DNA of 56,242 nucleotides, the filler included, from Sphacelaria rigidula (taxonomy: Eukaryota): the NCBI GenBank assembly GCA_964200075.2. It is 7 parts of 7 records of this genome, joined end to end, with 100 filler letters (N's around TTAATTAATTAA, not from the genome) between each part and the next. Parts side by side here need not be neighbours in the genome. Positions count along the whole stretch, not along the records: positions 48,296 to 56,242 come from CAXNAA020012883.1; 6 more parts are not named here. One strand, 5' to 3'. Positions 48,296-56,242 of the stretch are shown piece by piece. Position numbers and translations under genes: made by a program. The stretch's first letter is position 1; the number at the start of each line of letters is the position of its first letter. The notes under the pieces are model-generated. The model made no database searches, was not told the DNA's origin, and was given only the letters and a program-made list of their open reading frames with translations.

Positions 48296-49284
48296 CACGA
48301 GTCAACTTATTGTACTAAAACCAAGTAATTTCCTGACGAATCATTATTTGTCCTAACCGTGGAAAGTTGCGTGATGATACATAGCATTTTGGTGCAAAGT
48401 TTGAGGATCTAACTTCTAATAACGGCGTGAAGGTTTGCGCGTGTGTGGAGGAGGTGGGTTCGAAACGTGCAACTCCTCACTACTTGGTTTTAGTCTGAAA
48501 ACGTCTTTTGGGGCATTCTGAACCGCCTTTCGGGGGTCTTCATACTGGGACCCCCGGAAACCGGTAAAGAACGGAGAAAACATGGAATTCTGTCAAGGAT
48601 ACATTTTTCCCATTTGGAGCATCAATACCTACAAAACTACCAAGTTTGAGGGCGATCGGAGCTCTTTTACAACAGATATAGGGGACACCCTCACGAGGCT
48701 CCCTGGGTCTTTCGTGCGTATCATTAGTGAAAATTAGACGACGCCAACACCCGACATCACCGAAGCATCACGGTTTCGGGTATAGTTCGATCCCCCTAGT
48801 AACCGTTGTAAAATACATTTTTTTCCGTTAGATTCCGGAGCCGATGACAGTTACTACAAGTTGAAGCATGACGAGATTGGGTGAAAATTGGGCTTGGAAT
48901 TTGTAATTTCGATCTCGGAAGAATTTGACGGGCGCTGATTGGTCGATATACATTTTCGCCCTTGGCGCTACCACTATGGCCCTACACAAAAATCCGGCTA
49001 TGTCACGCTCTTCAGCTGTCCATGGCGGTCAGTACGACATCATGTATGCGACTATTGGGTAAGTATTGTGAAAGGCATTTGCTGACGACACAATTTTGGG
49101 TGATAGGCGTGAACCAGCCTGTACTGTACTTCTAAACCAGAGAGACCGACTGATGGGGCAGCATCTGTGCGACCATCCACCACATACATTTTTCACGTTT
49201 TTTTCCGTTATACTTTGAACCCCCAAGCCCTTCCCTTTCTCGGGAAAAGGACGAATGCGCGGTGTCAACAGATGAACCTCACCT

Positions 49285-49520
49285 CCCCGGTGCAAGCCTT
49301 AAGACTTGACAAGGCGGCTGGGATCACAACTTTCTTATCCCTCACAATATCAACTCTCGTCAACTCTCATCAAAAGTCAAACATACTTAGTCAAGTGCCT
49401 TCTGTCTACTCACGCACACCCACTTCCAAGAAAAAACCCAAGACACCTGCGAGAGATCGAGTCCACTTTCTCTCCAACCCAACGGCGAAAGTCGTATCAT
49501 CTTAAATTTACACCACCGGG
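49285..49520 (+). pseudogene. Possible decayed non-LTR retrotransposon reverse-transcriptase fragment
   Basis: QALRLDKAAG ... HPLPRKNPRHLREI / LSNPTAKVVSS across frames resembles the KAxG, PxPKK and SLxNxxxK blocks at the start of LINE RT; heavily degenerate. Confidence 0.35.
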
Positions 49521-49664
49521 GGCGCAGCGGCTATGGATCCAACAGTCATTTATTTCGTCTGCCATCATCTGCAAGTACATATTTCAGCGATTCCTTGACA
49601 GTTCGTCGAGTTTCAGCGATGGAAAAGATGGCTTCACGAAAAGTAAATCTGAAAAAAAACTCAC

Positions 49665-49760
49665 CAACAGCACCGGCACGACGAGGATGAATCCCAGCTG
49701 AAACACGTACTCCGTCGACACCGCTTGGGCCACCACGGAGTCGATGTCTGCTAGCTCCTC
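49665..49760 (-). CDS. 1,3-beta-glucan synthase (GT48), exon 4 of 4 seen
   Basis: EELADIDSVVAQAVSTEYVFQLGFILVVPVLL (FQLG...P transmembrane motif); AG acceptor, GTgagt donor; phase 0/0. Confidence 0.85.
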
Positions 49761-51073
49761 CTGTCATTTCCAACACAAGGTATGTCGAACCCCGCATTCG
49801 ACGGTAGGTTGGATAAATATGCAACGTACACAGTATCTGAAGCAGGACACTCAATGATCATTCGAGGGAATACAAGTACGTTCCGCGGATGTTGACGTCG
49901 AGGATGTTGAGGGACATTTACGTGTCGTGCTTCTCCTACGACCTTTTTCGTTTCTCCTAGTTTCTTTTGTGTGTGTGTGTGCGTGTTCTCTGTTCCCGCA
50001 CGGCTTTTCGCGTCTATATTTATGGGGATCGTTTTTTCTCGTTATTTTGGTTTCCTTTCGTTTTCCTCTCCATCCGTTCTTCGTGTGTGATTATTTTTTC
50101 TTCATTTTCTTGGTTTGTCACATCTGCTTCCATCCAGTCCCCTTACTTTACTCAATCTTTCTGTATGTTTCCGCTTCGTTTACCTTGGGTACGTATATAT
50201 TGTATCTAATAACCACGGCTGGCTAGATCATGACCCTCGCGGATCAACCACTTGATGTGCGACAACCAACCAACCCACCAACCCATCAGTCAACCGTTCA
50301 ATTAACCAATCGATGATTTAATCAAGAGAAGTAACGGAAAGGGCACGCAATGGCAATCAAAGACATTCAGCAACGGTATAAGCTAGTATAAGTGTATGCA
50401 TATCACCTCACGAGTATTTCAAACCATGCGAAGGCCATTTTCGAGTAATCCCCCGCGGTCATGGAGGAAGACACGAGGGTAGCTAACATATTTCACGGAC
50501 ACTCGAGGGCATTTGACGATGCTATCGACACTCATACTCGTAGCGATAAGTCAAGGAGCTGCACGGGTACTGGAGGACATCATAGGAGATTTAAGGAGAT
50601 TCAAATCAATTCAAGTTTATCTCAGGGTGTTGCGGCATTCGAGGTTATCGAAGGTTATCGAACAACACTTAAGGTCTTGGAAATAGCCAGCACAAAAGCG
50701 AAAGCAAAGACATATCAAGAGTGCAACATATGCATATCATAGTAGTTCAAGCCATACATGCTAAATTAGTGAAACATTGAACGAGCAGCGCATCGAATGC
50801 ATTAATCCATCATGCATTTAGTTTTCTGAGTCTGCATACAGATACTTGTACGAACCTACAACAGAAACACAAAAATCGTTGCTTGAACACATGATGCATT
50901 TTTCCGCCCGGAAAAAGAAAGATGACAAGATGACAAAAAGAAGTGAAGGAAATCAAAACCTGGAAAGCAACGGCGGCGACTCAAACCACATCATAACACC
51001 GTAGAAACTGGAGAACGATACAAACCTTCAACTTCAACCGATAAAAAATATAAAAAATGAGAGAAAAACGCAC

Positions 51074-51142
51074 CGACCGGTTGTCGAAGACGAGGAAGAT
51101 CTTAGCGTAGACGAAGAGCCAAATAGACAGCGTCAGGAACAC
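51074..51142 (-). CDS. 1,3-beta-glucan synthase (GT48), exon 3 of 4 seen
   Basis: VFLTLSIWLFVYAKIFLVFDNRS transmembrane segment; the GTgcgt donor gives phase 0, matching the next exon. Confidence 0.8.
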
Positions 51143-52740
51143 CTGCCCATTCATTCACGATTTGCATTCATGATTTGCAACGCAACACATCCGGGAAGGA
51201 AGCCGCGAGGACGACCATCACAGTTGCGGGCGAGGGGGCGGGGGGCGGGCAAATACGAAATTCACGTCATTCAGACATTGTTACCATGTACGTGATTCGT
51301 AAGTCATATGTGGGCGTGTTGATATTGCAACCATTTACGCAATTTACACCTTCTTTCCCTTCTTTCTATCCTCCCCTGTCCTTTCATCATTCTTTTTTTT
51401 CTTCCTTTCCTTCTTCATTTCAATATTTTACAATTCCGCATTGGCGCTTGTGTCTCGCTCGTGCTGAACTCCATAGCTAGAGAGAGGGTCAGTTACCGCC
51501 CAAATAGTGTGGCTCCATAGTCAGAGTAGCTGAGTCGCAACCTGCTACCACAGCAATGTTCACTTCGATTTATTTTAGTTCGCTTTCGCACGGCCTCCCT
51601 AGCTGATAAGCCATGCGGCTGAGGCCTGGCAGATTTCCCCTTCGGAATCTGTACTTTGAATAGATTCTGGCCTGAATTTTTCCCTTCGCTTTTTTCTACT
51701 CCTGCCTCCTTCCTTTTCCTTCGTTCGTGTCTCTCCCTCGCTTTCAGTTTACTTCGTGTTTTTTTTCTCACAGTTCCCCTTTGTCGAGTTTCCTCCAGCG
51801 ACGGTTTCCGTTTTGTGGAACCGTACGTACGTCCATCTTGTGGATAATGACCATGTCATGGGGGATGACGTAATATGCGAGAACTTATCAATCACTCAAT
51901 CAATAAACTGCGCGCGCCCTGTGTCAATGCATGTATCTAGCCATTATCTACGTAATTTTCAATACATGCGTCATGTGTCACAGTTAAAAAAAAAAACGTA
52001 TTTTTTCGACACACGTTGTGCGTCATCCAAGCGTTAATACAGGAGCAGCACCAGAAGGAACAAACCGCCCGACATCATCAACACGATATGCCAAAAGAGT
52101 ATGTTTGCCTATCGGCTATCAGCTGCAGGTACAGTAGTCGTGCCACTCTACTGTGACTCCAGTACGTGAAATACACGAAGAAGGGCGCCATTGGTAACAC
52201 CTGGCTCTTGCCAAACGATTAGTGACATAATGTCCTTCGCGTACGGCGTTGTCGCATGACTCTTTCTGCAGGCGTCGCTACCATGTCTACGAAAATGCAC
52301 CATCTGCCAAAATGTAAGGAGGAAGTGTATCCAGGAAAGGGACAGTGCTGTGTAGACTGATGTCGGCACTAGTTGAGTCGGTCACATTCGCTCAGAGGTA
52401 CCGTCCCTTCATTCGTACGCTGCCATATACGACCAATACAATTCATTTGAGACGGAACTTGCTTGTTAACACTTACTGATGAGATCACGGCCATGCACCT
52501 AGCCTGTCAATGGCGTCGGCAAATGTTCCTGTGCTGGCGTACGTGCTCAACAAACGCATTCACCGCTTCCTTGCATTACATTTTTCCGCAATCGTGCGAC
52601 GCTTCAGTATCTACTTTATTCCCCTCCTTCTCATACAGTTCTGTCCTTTTTTTGCTGTTCCTGACCCCGGGCTGGATTGTTGCAATCAGCTACTGTGAGA
52701 TAATCAACCAATCAGTACAAAACCGAGACGTGACGCATAC

Positions 52741-52821
52741 CTGATTGAGGTAGAATCCAACGCTGCTGTAGTAGAAGGACAGCAGACGGAAGATATCCAG
52801 CTGCTGCGCGATCCGGTACAC
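52741..52821 (-). CDS. 1,3-beta-glucan synthase (GT48), exon 2 of 4 seen
   Basis: VYRIAQQLDIFRLLSFYYSSVGFYLNQ, matching callose synthase/FKS YRLGxxLDFFRxLSFYxxxxGFY. Confidence 0.9.
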
Positions 52822-54770
52822 CTGACAAGAGGGGAGAGGGAAGCAGGTCGATGCAAAACACAGACATGACACAGACATGACACAGACATGACACAGAATC
52901 AGCACAAACAAAATACGGCCAAGGGCAGGGGGTACATTAACCGAGCAATACGGTACGCGTTGTGGAGAGAGTAAAAACATGCAAAGGCTTGGCGGCGAAG
53001 TAAAAGGCGACTTCAGATAATGTCATCACACGATGTCATGCAACCAGTCGACAGCGGGGAACCCTTATCATTGGCATGGTTAAACCGGCAACACTTTCAC
53101 CGGTCCGCTCAGACTCGCGGTCACGAACCGCAGTGTGATGTATCACCTTCGACGGGCATCGGAAAATATGAAAACGTGTGAACACTCGACAAAAGTTGAA
53201 TAACAGTTCCCGTCAACAGCTGGAATTGCCAGAGGTTAGAGCGCACGTTGTCGATCCCATCTCGGAGACAAGCATCATCAGGTTCTGTTTCCATCTATTC
53301 TACTGTAGTCACTCGCAGTTTATCACCTTGGCTGTTTCTTGACTTTGGTTATCAGGCTCGTAGCCTGATATGATCCTTATACGGAGGATCGACAAAAAAA
53401 GTTACAAAGCGAGAAGTTTTGTTTAGCACGGTAGATGCACCCGGACTGCAGCTGCTGCACCTGAGTGAATTACTGGACGGTGCTCGTACTTGCGACAGAC
53501 ACGCCTCTTTGACGGATGGATGATGCGGGCAACACAGACTTACTGCGCCGGTGTAGAAAAAAACTCATGAACCTCAAACGCGACACGCCACTTCCAATAT
53601 TTATTTAGTCCTACATAGGGTACACACCCCACCTGGACAATAGACTGCATTGTCAGAAATATACTGCGCACAGTTTGGGATGCATCATTTACTGCAATCG
53701 ACGCAAAAGTCGATACTGTACGTAACCCAGTTTTTGAGAATGTCGTGTATTGCCATCATCCAGAGTGTGGTACAAACTGTAACTCCGAGCAATTTGGTTG
53801 CCAAGTGTACTCAAACCTCCAAATTGAACTTCAGTCACGTAAACTCGTCTAGGGAGTCGTTCTCGCATGTGTGTTGTGGTGGGAAAGACTTGGCACCTGT
53901 GTATTTTAGGAAGGTGTCGGCGCCTACCACATCGCCATGACCGCATCGACGAACTGATGCTCGGTACTTGAGGGTACCAGAAGATATGCCGAAATGACCG
54001 ACAGATTCACATGAGTTGAACGCGAGTACTTCACTGATTGACTTGATTGGTTGGTTGATTGATTGTCGCACTTTAACTGACCCCCCAGGGGTCCAGCCGG
54101 GGTCTCATGATCACTTGGCAGGAATATCGAGAAAAAACCAAGACGTGGCCAAACAAACAGGAAATGGCCAAGTTGCTAGGAGACCGCCCCACTTCCTCAC
54201 ACCCCACTCCCACTCCCCACAATAGCGACCATAACGACGGTAGGCAAGAATAACAGGACACCCGACGAGTACTCGGTGATAGTGTATGAACAATGAAATT
54301 AATCAATCCCAAAGCAGACAAGGAGCGCCACTCAGTGGATAAAAAACGTGGCCCCGTTCGTGTGGTGGCCAAATAGCGTCAAGGTTGATCTTGGAACAAC
54401 AACAACTACGTGAACATCATCCGTTCTTCGTACTCTGGTCCTTTCCCGCCGAACATGTCTGCATCTGTTTCACGTGCTACGTGTATGCCGGACCGCTACA
54501 CACTATCTGACACCCTTTCTAAACCCGAATATAATTTTATTTTCAATTCCCAGCTTTCTCTCATGTTGGATAAAGCCACGTTAGACCCTCACGACCAAAA
54601 CAGCAACCTGATTTACAAGATGGGAGGGAGAGCATAATACTACGTACTACTATGTATCGTGCCTACGGGTTCGGAAGATCGGGTCAATGTGGAGAAATAT
54701 CACCTGTAACAAATCGACCCCAAGCGAGCCTCAGTGCGGCGAAGGGAGGGCGTCGAGCAGGGACACTCAC

Positions 54771-54863
54771 CTCTCTGGAGCGAGACTGCATCCCATTGCC
54801 CATGCTGATCTTCGCCACGAATGCCGCAATTTGTCCCAGCCCCACGTCTCGCCCTTTGCCCAC
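54771..54863 (-). CDS. 1,3-beta-glucan synthase (GT48), exon 1 of 4 seen
   Basis: VGKGRDVGLGQIAAFVAKISMGNGMQSRSRE with the GT48 signature GKGRDVG and the GxGxQxxSR segment; AG acceptor, GTgagt donor. Confidence 0.92.
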
Positions 54864-56242
54864 CTTTGTCAGGGAGTGTTCATAAGAAAACGATTCTCAT
54901 GAGCTGGAGTGAAGGTGCTGCACGCTACAAACACAGAGTAGTTGGCTCCATCGCGCTATTAGGTTTAGGCAAATTTCACACGTCTCGTGGGAACAACACT
55001 GAACGGATAACAAGCTACATGCAGTGAGTACCTCCGTACCGATACTGCATTTACATTTGAAAGAAAAAAAAATCACGCATAGAAACATACCACAAAACGT
55101 TCGAGGCCTCGCTCGAGAAGCAGAGCAAGCTGCCTTCACGTGACAAAAACTTATCAAAACCCTTCAGCTTGGGCACTTACCTTGAGCAATTTGTGATGTG
55201 CTCGCCTGCTGCGCTAGGCCTTGTTACATGACGCAACAGCTTTCGTGCGGTGTGGGCAAACACAACAACCGTAGAACATGACGTGTATCACTCATACGTC
55301 GTAAAGTACCCCTCCAAAACTTTCTGGGATGTGTGACCAGATTTCGATTATAGAAAATTATTTCGGCAGCATATCATACCGGAAACTGCATTACTGCGCT
55401 GAGGAATGTTAATGTTATATCAGCCCGGGGTGACGACGTCTCGGGCATCAACACGCCTCATCATTCGCTGGCGGTATGCATCGTGCTTCGCGGTAGAGCA
55501 AGCAGTTCGGCGCACCTCACCGATGCGCATGGTATCATAGGCTTCAAATACTAATGTAAATATATATGGTAGACATCGTAGGCATCGTGCGCACATCGGC
55601 AGACTTGACTTCATTACGGCAGACTCCATCGTGTACATCCTTCAAAGATTCTCGGTGAAGGCCATTGTACACCCGTCGAATACCGATGGGGCCTTGTCGA
55701 AATCACCTTAACCATACAACAACCCCCGAATGACTTGTTTGCTCAACCGGCTGTACGCTTGCGGTCCCGGCAACCAAGGCTGGAGGGCACACCGTGTCCA
55801 ACTGAATCCCGACATATGGAATACCCATGTCACCTGAGTCACACGAGAAGTTTGCCCACCAGGTGAGGCTGGTTTCAATTGCGTCTTGTTTGATGGGGAT
55901 TTGAGGTGAAGCTGCTTCCAAATGAGAACACCATGACTGCAGTGTGCACCCACACAGTGGAAGTGTTGCGTCAATAGAACCCCCTAGAGAAAACATTTTG
56001 CTTCCAGTTTCCGAAGTCATCGGATTGATTCCTTTGATCCCCTGTTTTTGTACTTTCAAGCACTCGTCCCGAGGACAGGGAGGGGGGGGGTGGGGTACTC
56101 ATGATCATGCATGCCATAGTCAAAACACCATTGACCTCGCATCCCTACGATGCCGGGACGGAGCACGCCGAGTTTTCGCCGGACTAGACTTGCACTCAAA
56201 CCGACAAGCGCAGAGCGCCGTGGTGTGTTCGGCGAGTCGAAT

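Overview
Eukaryotic, intron-rich DNA, most likely from a brown alga (Phaeophyceae). This is inferred from an EsV-1-7 repeat gene, a stramenopile-style GT48 glucan synthase, and short GC3-rich exons in 0.3-3.4 kb repeat-laden GT-AG introns. The window is not one locus. It is seven ~7.95 kb contigs of decreasing length (1-7950, 8051-16000, 16101-24049, 24150-32098, 32199-40147, 40248-48195, 48296-56242) joined by artificial 100-bp N44-TTAATTAATTAA-N44 linkers, so cross-segment adjacency means nothing. Reading splice sites by hand gives: an intronless 730-aa EsV-1-7 protein with 13 x 38-aa C-X4-C-X16-C-X2-H repeats; 2 exons of an organellar-type methionyl-tRNA synthetase; 5 exons of a CPT2-like carnitine acyltransferase; 5 exons of a divergent class I fructose-bisphosphate aldolase; 4 exons of a GT48 1,3-beta-glucan synthase; and one orphan kinase-like exon. 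The rest is mobile or repetitive DNA: a tRNA-derived SINE family, Tc1/mariner-, hAT- and piggyBac-like non-autonomous elements, fold-back palindromes and microsatellites. Most supplied ORFs are spurious. The best candidates for novel biology are the EsV-1-7 array (possible modular recognition code with an NLS and SUMO/LxLxL-type tail), the aldolase lacking Arg303 and the C-terminal Tyr, and a palindromic element with a perfect loop-less 48-bp core. All functional claims are inference; no searches were run.
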